This document shows positions 29,701-42,763 of a stretch of 64,000 bases of DNA, in pieces; position 1 is the first letter of the stretch; each line of letters begins with the position of its first letter. This stretch comes from Tubiluchus corallicola (taxonomy: Eukaryota > Animalia > Priapulida). The translations under genes and the position numbers were made by a program. Location: contig JAQGDQ010000417.1 of the NCBI GenBank assembly GCA_030141605.1, positions 1 to 64,000 of the forward strand, read 5' to 3'. The notes under the pieces are model-generated. The model saw only the letters and a program-made list of their open reading frames with translations, ran no database searches and had not been told where the DNA came from.

Positions 29701-30245
29701 CCAAAACTCTAAGTTTTAACAACTCCGACTCTTAGCAAAAAATTTACTGCCAACTCCGACTTTACAGCCCTGATTTTAAATTCATTTTGAATTAAAATTA
29801 TAATTAAATCATGAAGTAATGCCAATGCAGTGAATGCGGAATTTTACGGCACTTACAAAATTAAACAGTTCTTAGACTATGTGTGAATATTTAATGGATA
29901 GAGACAAAAACTAAAGTATCTGCTACAGTACAATTTAAAGATGATTGTCAATTTATATGCATTTCCATAGCCATAAGCAAGGCTCAAATTATTATGTCAT
30001 CACAATTTCTTCTGTTAAAAATTATCCATTAGTTTAATCGCTGTACTGTTGGTTTTGTTTGTTCTACCTTTTTATTGTTTTTGTATCCCAATAAATCTTC
30101 CGAATTTTATTTTGTATCAATGGTATTGTCATTGTTCCGATTCTCAATTTACCGAAATTGCGGCTCTTTTTTATAGTGGTGGCTATGCTTCGCCAAGCGT
30201 CGATTCATGGACAAAAGCCTGACTGGTGCTGGCGGTGGCTACTAG
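23742..30245 (+). CDS. ARPC3: Actin-related protein 2/3 complex subunit 3 (p21-Arc), 178 aa; join(23742..23747,25527..25620,26002..26147,26674..26800,29231..29325,30177..30245)
   Basis: All introns GT-AG and phase-consistent (537 nt). Translation [131 protein letters not shown] closely matches known ARPC3. Confidence 0.97.
23780..24360. repeat. Tandem duplication (~300 bp x2) in ARPC3 intron 1
   Basis: CAGCAGATGTGATTAATGAGTTGTGGCTTGATTAAGGA occurs at about 23780 and 24091. Confidence 0.9.
26920..28055 (+). mobile_element. Non-autonomous hAT element carrying an internal satellite, in ARPC3 intron 4
   Basis: Ends CAGTGG / CCATTG; perfect 8-bp TSD TTTACAAT at 26912-26919 and 28056-28063. Confidence 0.85.
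27259..27942. repeat. 85-bp tandem repeat, 8 copies
   Basis: Unit ATGTGCGCGTGGCCGCATGCTCACAACAGCCAAACACCACGTTGCTGGAGTTACTAGTGCACATTACTGGACATGTGAACCGCAC. Confidence 0.96.
28369..28778. repeat. 68-bp tandem repeat, 6 copies
   Basis: GAATTCCTTGACGATCGATGGG starts at 28371, 28439, 28507, 28575, 28643 and 28711. Confidence 0.96.
29382..29772. mobile_element. hAT MITE with ACTCCG subterminal repeats, in ARPC3 intron 5
   Basis: Ends CAGGCTGTGGAGTC / GACTTTACAGCCCTG; perfect 8-bp TSD ATTTTAAA. Confidence 0.88.
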
Positions 30246-30769
30246 ACTGTGACCCAAACATTCCTTTGGTTCAAACTTTATTGTGTAGCATGTTTGTGCA
30301 AATTGTATGTTATTATGAGAAATACTGGCTCCCATTCCCAAGTGGGTGAACATACGTTTTTGTTATACGATATTCATAGTTAAATTTTGTATATAATATC
30401 TTAAATGAATCATTTCTTATTGGACACATTTTTGGATACAGTAGCACAACTTTGGTTTCACTGCAATATGCAGCAACCTGCCTGTGTATCTTGTTAAACA
30501 ACTTGTACGATTTTAGGGCAGATTTATTGCAAAATCCCGGTAAAAAGAAGTTTTTTATATGAAAGCATATGTACTATGTACAATCATGGAGTTATGTGTG
30601 GAAATTCAATATGTAAAACGATAAATTTGTTGGTAAATTAATTGTCTCTAATGCTTGATATATTATTATGGTTCCAAGAGATTTTTGATAAAAATCTTTA
30701 GAATAATATCAGATTTGATAATGACATGGTATCGATATGCCAAACAAGTTTTTCTAAAAGCAAAACCAA

Positions 30770-31335
30770 CCAAATCTTAAACTGTAGGTCAAAACAATCT
30801 ATTCTTTAAATACTATTTTTCGAAAATGACTTACGTGAAGGAATTATTACCGCACAAACACAATTTCATGTTCGCACCACTAGTTCTTCGCTGTTACATG
30901 CATTTCACTATTTGTTAGTTAGACGGGCACTAGTGCCTGCATATCCTAAATGAATTGCACAAAAACAGGTGCTGTACCTCTCATTCAGATACGTTAGTTT
31001 GTGATGAACTACACACATTGGACAGCTCATGCGTGAGCACAACGGTCAAATTTGAAATCTGAATTTTTATCTTAAAACTTGCTTAGTTTTAGCACAGCAC
31101 ACTGAATATCTTACAGGAACACTGTACTTCAATTTTCGCTTTCGCAAACACTTGCAACACGCTCGTGGAATATTTTTGCTGTTGAAAATTACGTTAGTTT
31201 GTGATGTCATCAATAGTTGGGCTCGCCCGCCGTTAATTAAGTTTTTAATCTATTATTGAATTATCAGAAACGCTTTTACAATATTGTGTTAAAATGTATA
31301 CTTTTTATCGGATTTAAAAATGAGGTAGTATATGA
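30770..31335. repeat. Dispersed repeat (~560 bp); second copy at about 54700-55260
   Basis: Both begin CCAAATCTTAAACTGTAGGTCAAAACAATCTA and align throughout. Confidence 0.85.
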
Positions 31336-31860
31336 AAAATTGTCCTGTAAACATTTGTAACAAGTTCACTTCTTTTCTTCATTTTTACCAAAAATGAAGC
31401 CAAACAGAGAATCATTCCCATATCACGAACAACAACCCCTTGACGAACACGTGTTTTAACAATATCGTTGAAACAATTTATTGTCAACCTATTAGTCTAA
31501 ATAACCTAATATACAACTAAAACTTCGGAATTCGATATAAAATTACAAAAAATACGGTCGTGTAAAAATTCCGAGCAAAGTATTTGTACACTATGATGCC
31601 TCTTGTAAAAATCACGCTAGCCAACTGATTCGCTATAAAAGTCGATTGTAAAATATAAATAAAAAAGACGAAGTTGAACACGTTTAACTGCAATGGTAGT
31701 GAAATTTCGCAGGCTATACAATGCAGACGTGTGAAACAAGCGTTCATCAACAGACACGGCGTAATTGTTATTGTAAATGCCCGCCGTATTGTCTACTTCC
31801 CTTAGCACACGATGCTTCTCCCCCATATAAAATTGCCTAAAAATTGGGTTCCTTGGAGCA

Positions 31861-34800
31861 CTAGTGTACGCCGAGACTGTACTTGTGACGAGTACTATTT
31901 GCAATATTACGCAATTTCTGCTTCGTCAGGTTTAGTAAACTCTGCCGCTTCGACAGTTTGCTCGGCTTACCGGCACCGTCCGTTAAAGTAACCTTCCTCG
32001 GCGGTTCCGCGCCGGCAATGGTGTTTCTGCTTTTTCGTTTTTGCGCTTTGCGTTGCGTCCTGTCGCTCGCACTGTCGACGGGCTTTTTGTCCTCGGAGTT
32101 ATGAGCGGCAAACGCCCGTTTCCGCGTCTTCACTGGTAACACCACATCAGGATTTTTACTGCGCAGTACATAAGTGCTGATGCGGGACACCACGTGATTC
32201 ATCCCACCAGTAATACTCTTGTGCCTCAGTATCATCTGACTGCGTTCTGGCTTCCTAGCCTCCGCAGCACACGACAACGACTTGGACCTGACGATCTTTT
32301 TAGTCAGATTACCAATCTCTGCGTCATCCTTTACCACAGCCTTTAACGAGGTCAAGCAGTCGTCCGCGGAATGTGATCCGCTACCGCTGACGTTCTCATT
32401 GTTGTTAACAACATCTTCGTTGTCGACTTGTTCGTCATCACTGCTACTAACTTCTACAAATGCTGCTGTATCTAAATCGATAAGGGGTGTGCTATCACAG
32501 ACATCTGACGGTGTTTCTTTTTGCTCTGTTTCTTGTGGCGTTACTACTACGTTACTTGCCGCATCCCTGGCAGCCTCTTTCGCTGCTTGAGAGTCTGGAG
32601 AGGACTGTGCAAAAAGATGCTTATACTTTGTAGGGATAATGATTTTGATGGGATTACCACATTCATCCTTTTCTGTATTATAGGAGGTGCTTTTAAATGG
32701 TGACCATTTGCACTGGTTGCCAACTAACGGTTTAGAATCTGATGAAGCTTTGTCCGAGGGAGATGCTCGATATTTTGTCGGAGTTAATGTTTTTTCATAT
32801 TTTGAGCTAGTAGATGGAATAGGTGGTGGTGACGGCAAAATGGAATCTAGTGACGGATTGAGTTTCTTCCGTTTACCGCACGGAGGCACAAATCCCGGTG
32901 ATGCACCAATCGAATTGGTTGCCGAACAACCGCACTCGCTACCACTCCGGAAGTGATTACAGCACCGACTCCGCTTGCGATGAGCGCTAAACAAACTGGA
33001 AGTTCCCATGCGAGGCGCGGAGCGTTGCAGCGGTAGCAGCGGAGGTTTGTCTGGTCTTGGAGACGTTAACACTAAATGAGTGGTACTGTGGGCACCGCTG
33101 CGTGGTCGCAATCGCTGCAGGTTGAGGTGTCGCTGTAGCACTGTCGACCGTGACGGTCCCTGGGGATCCAATAGCACAGTAATACAGCTCGTGTTATCCG
33201 CACGGAAGTTACGCTTTCTCCAGCGATCCAGCGCTTGCTCTACCAGCATGTACGATGGATTAATGTTCTGCAAGGTCATCTAAACATAAAAAAAACGTTA
33301 ATTCAAAGTGACTAGATTTAGATAGCAAGCAAACTGCTGTACAATTTTCATATGCTCTCACCACATGTTCAGTCAAACCTTGTTATAACGCCAGCTCTGG
33401 GACACCACCAAATATGGCGCTATAGGGGGACTGGTGGTAGGACGGGATTCATTAAATATCAAAGCTTTTTTGCTGTGTAGCCTCTATTTTGTCTCCTAGT
33501 TAATTTTAATAAGTGATAAATAGTAAAATATTATTATACCAACACCAATACGTGTTATACTGTATCTTTTGCTGCATTAACAATGCAGGTGTAGTTCTAC
33601 AGTGGTACCTTGCAAAACTTTTAGATAACACAACGTGGAGTAGAAATCTTGCGAAATACTGGTTAATTAGATAACTGTTGATAAGAGAAATATACACCCA
33701 CGCTCCCAACGTACGATTACTGGACAGTTAGACATAATTAGCTGCCACTTTTAACCTGACCTTGACTCAAGTAGCTTTAACAGCCGTTAAATTCACATCA
33801 GTTCAGTACTGAACCTCAGTGATGCAACTTTGTGGTCTTAAAAACCTTGCTCAAAACCTCAACATTCACTTTCATACAGTCACATGCTATGAAACCTAAA
33901 TCTTAATTTAAACATCATAATTCTTTTCTGATGAGAGATCATTGTTTTTGCTATGACCGTTTTTGAGCAGTAATTCATCGGGCTTTATCTTGGCACATTA
34001 CGAAAACCGGATAGCGAATATCAAATTTTTATAACTACAGTCATACCTCTGTTGTCGACTGTCTCCGTACTCGTATAAATCGGTTTTCGAGCAGAAAATT
34101 TGAGCTGAAATTGTCTCCGCTCTCGACCAGAATTTATGTACTCGACCAACTGCCAAACACGTGATGCACACATGCACTGCGAGCCGAGCTTAACCGACCG
34201 CGCCCGAGAGTAGTCATGTACAACATTTGGATCGCCTAATATTTCTTAGTGCTTTCTACGCTTATTTTTTCCGCTTTTTCATGCAGAAACAATTATGTTT
34301 TTCTTTTAAAGGAATTCTATTATGTTTTTCATATCAATTATATCATACCTACTGTTTGAATAAACATTTTCGCATTATTATATTTCGTTTTAGTAATACT
34401 TTACAATTCATTTGGTGTTTGAGAACGGATTATTTGCTTTTACATTATTTCTTATGATAAATGATTCGGTACTCAACCAAATCGGTTTTCAAACACTTTT
34501 TAGGAACGAATTATGGTCGATAACAGAGGTACTACTGTACTGGATAATATCAGATACGAATACCTGCAAAATCGTGCAAATATCACCATTTTCGGATACA
34601 AATCAGATATACGGAGCAACACTAATTGATTATTATTAATAGAAATCACGAGAAACTTCATCACTATTGAAAACTTACAAGCTTTCCCTTTGCTTTCTGC
34701 CAATGCTGCTCCTCCTCTAGCCGCTCGGCACGTTCAACTGTGTCCACGGCGTCCTGCGGTGACAGCATGTTCCATAAGCCGTCCGATGCCAGGATGAGGC

Positions 34801-37800
34801 ACCGATGACGCGAGTGGTCAATGGTCAACACGTGAAGGTCCGGTTCGGGAGAAACGGCAAACTCGCCCCGTATGTAATCATAACTCCATAAATCACCTGT
34901 AAACAGAACACAGATTTAATCCTCACTAACAGCATCTGCTTCACATAAAGGGGAATGCGCACATCACACTCACTGAACCATGAAATGTATCATTGCTAGG
35001 GGTGATCATCGAAAGTTGAGTTCGAATTTGATTCAAACGAATATTTCTTAGCTTGAATTCGATTCAAACCTAGTTACATTTTGCGAGCATCAGCAATTTA
35101 AGACCAGCTTGAACCAGGAAATATGCAATGCTTTACTAATATATGATTGCATTATAATCTGCAAACTTATAATGCATAACAGCAATTAGATGTATACAAT
35201 GACATGTGTGCTTGCAAACCAAACCCGTCCACAAGTCGGCATAGTTAAAACTACGTTACGATGTTTCACAGTAGAATGCACCAAAAATTTGGTCAAATAT
35301 CGATTTTTATTTTTTACGAAAATAAATGCTAAATATATTGGACTTTTATATTCTAGCATAAAATTATCAGGAGTTAGTTCAAAAAATACTAAACATTTAA
35401 TTTTATAATGCCACACCCCCTTCCTCTGGCTAGAAACTAACGCCACACCCCCTTCTCTGGCTAGAAACTAGTACTGCAATTGTAAAAAGCTCCTATATTC
35501 AAACTCGGATAGTAGCTCGTGGAGAGCCATCTACTGGATTTAAATGTAACTTCAATGTGTTCTTGTAAAGTCCGTAGCAATCACACGTTAGTACGGTTGC
35601 TAAGTGTTTTGTAGAAATGTGACAAAAAACAATGGCTAACTTTAACAGAGATTTTCTCAATGTTAAGTTTTCCAGTGCAAAGCCTGCACCTCAACTTCAA
35701 CGTGGATTATCTCAACTTAGAAATAACTTGGTACCAAAATGATCCTCATGAAATGGAGATTCAGGATATGTGAGTAACTAGAACTTATGGACGTTTTTGC
35801 TATGCAAGCACACAAATAATGTTAAATAAAAATTTTCAATTTTTGCTCTAGAGCTGATATAACTAGGGTGAGCATTCCATCAGAAAAAGAATCTGCATTA
35901 AATTGAATTTTTGACTTTCAAACTCGAGTCAAAGCGAATTTCATGATTTCGTATCAGGAAGCCAATTTTAAAGATTTTCGAATCATTAATAAAAAGCAGT
36001 TTCGCAAAGGTTATGCATATTGCTTGATCTTATTCTGCAGTAAAAACACAAGTAATTTGTTTAGCTAAATTGCGCTGACTGCACGACGTTTCAAACGTTC
36101 TAATAATAAAGATTGTCTTGTCATGAAGTGACAAATTATTCAAATCGAATCCGAATTAAAAAAAAAACTTGTTCAAATTGAATGTGAACGTCCAATGCTC
36201 ACCCATGTCACAACTTGACAATGTCTGCATTGCAGGAAAGATAAAATTGAATTACCTAATGATCGAGCAACAGCTAGAAATGGGATTTTGTCAAGAGCCG
36301 TGCTTCTTCTAATTGGGCCTCTATGACTGCTTTTGGGCCGATGCCACACAACCCTTTGAACTCCAGATTTGGCTTCGACAGCTCCACCTATAGACTCAAT
36401 TCTTTGTTTTTCCTAAAATTAAATAATGAAATCATTATTACTTACCACAGAAAAAGCTTAAAGATTTTTAAATATTGTTTAAAACATTAAGAATACACTG
36501 ATATGTAAAATACAGTCAGACCTGATTATAACACTCCCTTTATAATGCCGACCTCAATTAATGCCACAATTTTTTATCAAAACAAAATGTCTACATTTGC
36601 ATAGACCTTTATATTAATGCACCTCATTGTAATGCCAAACTCTCATAACACAAACTTTTTCTGGAGTCTCAAAGTGGACAGTGTAAAGATGTCTAACAGT
36701 ATGTATTACATGCAGGGTTCCCACAGAATTTCAAATAATTTTCCATGACTTTTCCCCGACCAAATATTGATTTTCCATGACCAAGATAAGCAGAAATTGC
36801 ATTACCAGTATACACATTCATACATTTTTGTGTATGGACATTCAAACATATACTGATATGTGTCGGGACAGTTGCAGTAATGCTAACGAAATTACACTAA
36901 TAACATCAAATAAACTTTCTTAATCCAATCATTATTTTTGAAACAGAAATTGAAACTGGGAGCCTGCATAGGAAAATTTTATTTGAACACGAATCGTTAA
37001 AAAATATGTTTGGAAAAATATCAGTTCACGGTGATTATTTTTGCAACCCTTTCCGATTTCCCTGATTTTTCGCCCCATTTTCCCTGACTTTTTAATAAAT
37101 CATCTTTTCCCTGATTTTTCCACGACTTTTAGGACAGCCTGTATTTTCAATGATTTTCCTTGACCGTGGAAACCCTGTACATAGTAACCATATATTTAAT
37201 GAAGAAAAAAGCCAAGTGCTCATGGTGCAATCGTAAAATAATATTCGGACAACCAAGTTAAGAGAAATATCAGAAGTAGATGAAAACCAAAGCACTGTAC
37301 CACCACATTCATAGAAATTTGGCTTAATATTGCAAAAAGCAAGTTGTCAATAATACACACTGATAAAACAGTACAGTCGAATTTCAGCTGTATTCCCAAG
37401 CAATTCTTGTTAAGACTGTACACGTCAGTTCAAAATTGCATGTCTGATTTTAATGGTTTAGATAATGAAGGAGTAGTGATGGGCGATTTTAAAATTTTGT
37501 AATTCGATTATAATCTTTTTCTTATAATTCGATATCACGATTAATCTTCAGCGACGTTGTTTAGTGTTTTAACCATATTTTTCAATGATAGCAGTGAAAT
37601 ATAGCCTATAACATCTTCATAGCTACTGTCGCTGTTAGGCGTCGCAAATAAATTTTTCGTTAACTGCTCTAAGAATGCATCACTACACGCGTCAGATGTC
37701 AACAAATTTAAACCCTCAGTTTGCAACACCGTGGTTCGCAATTGTGCGCATTGTGTACAGCGAGAAAAACTAAGAAAAGCACAAAGATTCTATGTATTTG

Positions 37801-39737
37801 TACTAAAATAATGCCTTTTACTCAGTGTTCAACATGCATTGATTTTTACATACATATTTTGGTCAATCATTGATCAATTTGAATTATTGGTCATTCATCA
37901 ATCGTCGATATACATATTTAAAATGCATTAATATTAATTAAAATGGACAAATGCATTTTACATACATCAAATCCTAACACATAAACAATACATACAGAAT
38001 AAGCAATTGAAGATAAAACTAAAATCATAATACATGTACATATAAAATCACTAGAAATCAGCCCAAATTAAATCCATAAGTCAATATTAAATTTCTAATT
38101 AATTAACAAGGCTTCATTACAAAAATAAGTTTTAAGAAATGATTTGAACTTTTGAACATTATTGATTTTACGTGCACGAATTGTTAAATCATTCCATACT
38201 TTTGGTACCACTACGCATAAAACTATGAGAACCATGTGTGACTAAATAATAACACGGTACAACAAGTGTCGATGAATTAGGTTTGGGCTTCAAAAAATCA
38301 GATGTATAAGAGAGCGCTAAACCATTCAGAGATTTGGAAAGATTAAGTTTATTTTTGTTAAATTACTGCTTTTCAGTCAGTGTGTAACACGTACATTTTG
38401 CTTTTGATTAGTCTTGAAAAATTGAATTATTGGTCAATTGTCAATTTATATATGGTTGTATCTGAACTAATCGCCCATCACTACTAAGCAGTAAAAAAGT
38501 TTATATTTAGTCAACAAACGTAGACTCTCAAACTACAAAAATACCTGAGGTGCGTCTGGCTTGTGCTCAGTGGTAATCATCGAACCTGTAAAATGGTCAG
38601 AGTTTTCTAGCCGCTCTCCTAGGACGATGGCAGAATCGCCGACGTGACCGATATAGATCTTAGCATTTTTGATGAAGCAGACGCTAGCCGTCGTGCCTGC
38701 TGTGCTAGGAAATCCGGAAGAACTGCGTGGCCAGCTCGCTAAGAAAATACCATTAAAAATTAGCAATTCTAGAAAATTATAACAACTCTATTTATATCTG
38801 AATTTTCGAAAACTCACAAGAGAATACTTTTGTCTATTCTTGGTCCAAATGAATCTGAAATATTTCAGTTTCAGCTACAATCACTGAACACGATTTTTCA
38901 TGATTGTGGCAGTCAAACTGACATCAATCTACAGTCACAATAATCATAGATTTTTCACGGTCAGCCTTGATAGTTTTTCACAATTTAGAGTAGAAGCACC
39001 AAAATGTCTACTTTTAGCTTGCAATTGTGTGTTTTATCTCGTCTTGTGATGTCTAAAGAATTTAAAACATTTAAATTGTTCAAAAATTTGTCAGGGACTG
39101 TATTGAAACATGCCAGGCATGATTCTGACGGTGACTGTCGTTTAGAATCGTAATTTTTCCCTGTATTACTGTAGCAAAAACTTTGCAAGCATACTGTAAG
39201 TGCCAGGAACTGTAGAACTCAGTTTTAGCTTGTTAAAATAATTATTCTGTTACTATGTCGGTATTAATTCCATTTTATTAAACTATCATCAATAATCGTT
39301 TTCCATATATAGTGAGCAACGAGATCAAAAGGCAAAAATAGCAGTAATAATCTCTAGTTTAGAGTTACAGGTTGTTTATACAGCTGACAATTATAATGCA
39401 AATATATAAAATGCAACATATATAACTATATACCCTGCTGTTTCCACATAGCATTATGTGTAGTTGTAAAACCGCCTTTTATTGCTTTCAATATTAACTG
39501 GTCATCATTTGACCAAAAGTCTCTATCTTCAACAATATTGTTCATTAAATGTTTTTTGGCAAATTCAGCTGCTTCCCGTCCGCCGTGTCCATCAAATATT
39601 CCAAAGAAAGCAAATTCCAAGGCTTTTTTATCTTCACGTTCTTGGTACACGACAGCAATGTAATCTTCCATGTATTTACGGCCTCCTTGCCGGCTATTTG
39701 CGGTTACCCGCATATTTGTTCCTATTCCTGTAGGCAT
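31861..39737 (-). CDS. PPM1D: Protein phosphatase 1D / Wip1 (PP2C family), 763 aa; complement(join(31861..33279,34679..34896,36256..36412,38545..38736+2,39434..39737)); exon 2 is 38545..38738
   Basis: PP2C motifs [53 protein letters not shown] and ADNTS; Wip1-specific basic loop [17 protein letters not shown]; GT-AG introns phase-consistent (2292 nt). Confidence 0.95.
34038..34537. mobile_element. Tc1/mariner (Tigger-like) MITE in PPM1D intron 4
   Basis: TIRs CAGTCATACCTCTGTTGTCGAC / GTCGATAACAGAGGTACTACTG; TA on both flanks. Confidence 0.85.
36713..37177. mobile_element. Non-autonomous DNA transposon with TTTTCCCTGA/TTTTCCATGA subterminal repeats
   Basis: TIRs CAGGGTTCCCAC / GTGGAAACCCTG; TSD not clean. 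Confidence 0.65.
37474..38483. mobile_element. Old ~1-kb non-autonomous hAT-like element in PPM1D intron 2
   Basis: TIRs TAGTGATGGGCGATT / AATCGCCCATCACTA; TSD decayed. Confidence 0.7.
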
Positions 39738-39837
39738 CTTAACAAAACGGATTGACTACATCTCGAAAATAAGCTTTCTACGCTTAAAATAACAGCATGC
39801 ACTAGTTTCCGTCACGTTTAAAATGCACAGAACAACT

Positions 39838-39995
39838 ATTATGGCGGCTTCGCTCCAAAATACGTCCACTTCTGTAACGCTAGTCATGATTGGCTGAGGA
39901 GAGATATTTACACAGAAATGCGTATCTTATTGGTTAAATGTTTGACACCTTTGGAGATCATAATGATTGGCTGTCGCGAAAGCGCGGGAATTGAA
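39838..39995 (-). promoter_or_regulatory. PPM1D proximal promoter: YY1-like site, three CCAAT boxes, tandem E2F-like sites
   Basis: On - strand: GCCGCCATAAT (~39838-39848), CCAAT at 39889, 39929 and 39966, TTCCCGCGC and TTTCGCGA at 39974-39990; 100-250 bp upstream of the ATG. Confidence 0.6.
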
Positions 39996-42194
39996 AACTC
40001 TGGGCAGAGGAGCACATGGCCACAATGTCATTATTGAACGAATGTCATGACAGCACTAACGTACATTGTGCATTCAGTTTTGATGCCATAGATTGGTACA
40101 GACTAGTCTATTACGTTATTGTAGTACTGCATGTATTATTACTCTATCATGCTGTGCTGTATGGGCAAGGCATAGCAAAGTTGCCACGTACACTAATCTA
40201 TTAACTATAATTATATTGTCATGGTACATTTTTCATAAAAGTGTAAAATTGTTATTACTATTTCTTCGCAGCTATGAAAAGGGAAGGTAAACACGCAGTA
40301 CAATAGGTCAAAGTATGATTGAAATAGGTCTTACATAATCTTCAAACAAATCTAGCAGCTACAACACTTTTTTCTGATACATAATTTTTTATAATTTTGC
40401 CTGCTCTACTTATGTTTTTTGCTTGCATATTTTACTACTTTCACTACATATTTATTCACTTTATTATAATTATTTTGCTCATTGCTTTACAGTTATCGTT
40501 AAGTTTTATTATTATATATTTTTTTTGTTGAGCTATATTGTCTGTTTAGTCACATAATCGTATTTCATTACACATTTTGTTTACTCCATTTTTCTGTACT
40601 AGCTCTTGCGTTCCATAGTCCTTGACATTATGCTTAAGATAATTTGATTAAACACTATTGCATAATTTCATTTCATTGTATTTAGTTTGATTTTATTGTG
40701 CATATTTTGCTTCCTTCATTTAATTAATATTTATGTTTTATTTTTTCTTTTGGTTTGACTTTCTTTTAGTTTGTTTTATGTTTTAATCATTAGTTAAATG
40801 CTTTACGTAATTTGCTGATCATGATTTCATATTTTTCATTTTATTTTAATGCTTCTTTTTGTACATAGCCTATTGCGTTATTTCGCTTTCAAGTTTAATT
40901 TCGTCCCCTATAAATTTATGTTAACAGTTGATTTTCTTAACCTACTTCAAAATTATATTACACCTTTCAATTAGCAGAGCCACAAATTTTTATAATTTAC
41001 ACTAACCTGAGAAGGGTAGCTGACTTGATGACCAATTGGACTTTCGCTACCTTTTCTCCTGCACCCCCTAAAGCTTTCCTTTATGCATAATTTATCCTTT
41101 TTGATTAATAACTAAAGCAATAATAGTCCATTTGTATTCTGGTGTAAATGAGGAGATAAATAGAATGTTTAAGTCTATGTCTATGTCGCTTGTCTGTTTG
41201 AAGGACATACGAAAATTCATAATATTTTAAAATGTTCTTGCCAGTTAGTACGCCACTGTTTCGCTAATCCACGTTTTCATGGCTGACTAATTCACGGTTC
41301 AACAAAAATGTTATTGTAGTCTTATTGACAAGATACAGTGGTGTATACTTTTGCTTAGTGAGTGAAGTATTTTTTAGCTTTGCGCAATATATGTTATCTA
41401 AATTTAATTGTTTCAAATGATTGTTTTAATTACCTTCAAAATGGCTGCTCATAACGGTCATCACGGGAGTTTAAATTTTTCAAGTTTCATATACCGTTAC
41501 ATTGCCAATAAACACTCTCCCTACAAACGTAACGGTTTCACAACACTTATGAAACGTGTCGGAAAACGTTTTGTTGTTGTTCTTAAAAATGTTTTGCTGG
41601 TGCATGCTTTTGTAAAATCATCTGCGAGACAATTAGCGTAGTGTACAAACGTAAAAAGCAAGTAAACGTAAATAAAGAGCATTTTACAAAGTCGCCAAGA
41701 CGTTTCATCAACATTTCTATACATAAATAAGACCATACACTGAAACTGCTTTTGAAGATGCTTTTGAGATGCTATGAAAATGTGAGATGAGATGCGAGCA
41801 ATGGGAATACGACAATAAGTATAGGTATAGGTGATACAAAATTTCAAGATGAATTTTTTCAGCTTTATGCAAATAAAGGGTCTTCTTATCTTTTAATGTC
41901 AAAAAAGCAGCTACTATAGCTTACAACGTGCATGGTTACTGACAGATCATTGAGTTCTGTCACTGAATGTGAATTGGCCTCTCTTCTAACACGGGTTAGT
42001 TACACCAAATGCAATAACTACATGTAGTACTAAATTCACAAAAGACAGCTTTAGATCAGCTGAGCTGGATTCAGTCACAGGATGAGTTTTTTATTACTTT
42101 GCCCTACTATAAAAGCTACTAATTAATTACTAATTAACTAAAGATCACTGAAGATCATGTACAAGTAAGAACCAATCAAATTTATCGATATTGT

Positions 42195-42596
42195 TAGGGG
42201 CGTATTAACCAATAGGCTATAGCCTAGGGTGCGAAAGTTTGAGGAGCATCACATTTTAGAAAAAATTCTTATTCTCTTTGGAAAATGTGTATACTTTTAT
42301 ATTCATGATAAAGCGCATTTTATAACACACCACAGGCAGTTACAGAACGAAACTTTTATATAAGTACCACATAACGAACAGGTGCTAGGTATTAACAACA
42401 ACCAGTTGCGCAGTTTGCTTCAATATAAGCGCTATGCAAATACATGTAATTAATAATGACTACGTAGAAATACTGTTTCTAATGCTGGCAAGTAATTGTT
42501 TAATCGGCGCATTACATAAACAACCATAAATTCACAATAGAGATGAGCGGGATAGAACTATCAGCCTAGGGCGTCGTAAAACTAGATACGCCCTTG
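42195..42596 (+). mobile_element. hAT-superfamily MITE, family copy 3
   Basis: Ends TAGGGGCGTA / TACGCCCTTG; flanks GATATTGT / GATATTGC (7/8). Confidence 0.85.
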
Positions 42597-42763
42597 GATA
42601 TTGCGCACTCATAAAAATATATAATTATGTAAATCACAACTTAATTAACAAGTCAACATTAAGTCGAAAGTATTGGTAAATTCCTTACAGAACAAGTAAC
42701 AATGTTATGTGGTCATTTTATGTTTGTTGTGGCTGCAAAGGATTTTCGAATTAATTATGTAAT

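Noticed and set aside
39105-39125. Possible p53 response element in PPM1D intron 1 (AAACATGCCAGGCATGATT)
   Set aside because: CATG cores are 9 bp apart rather than 10 or more, and both half-sites have mismatches
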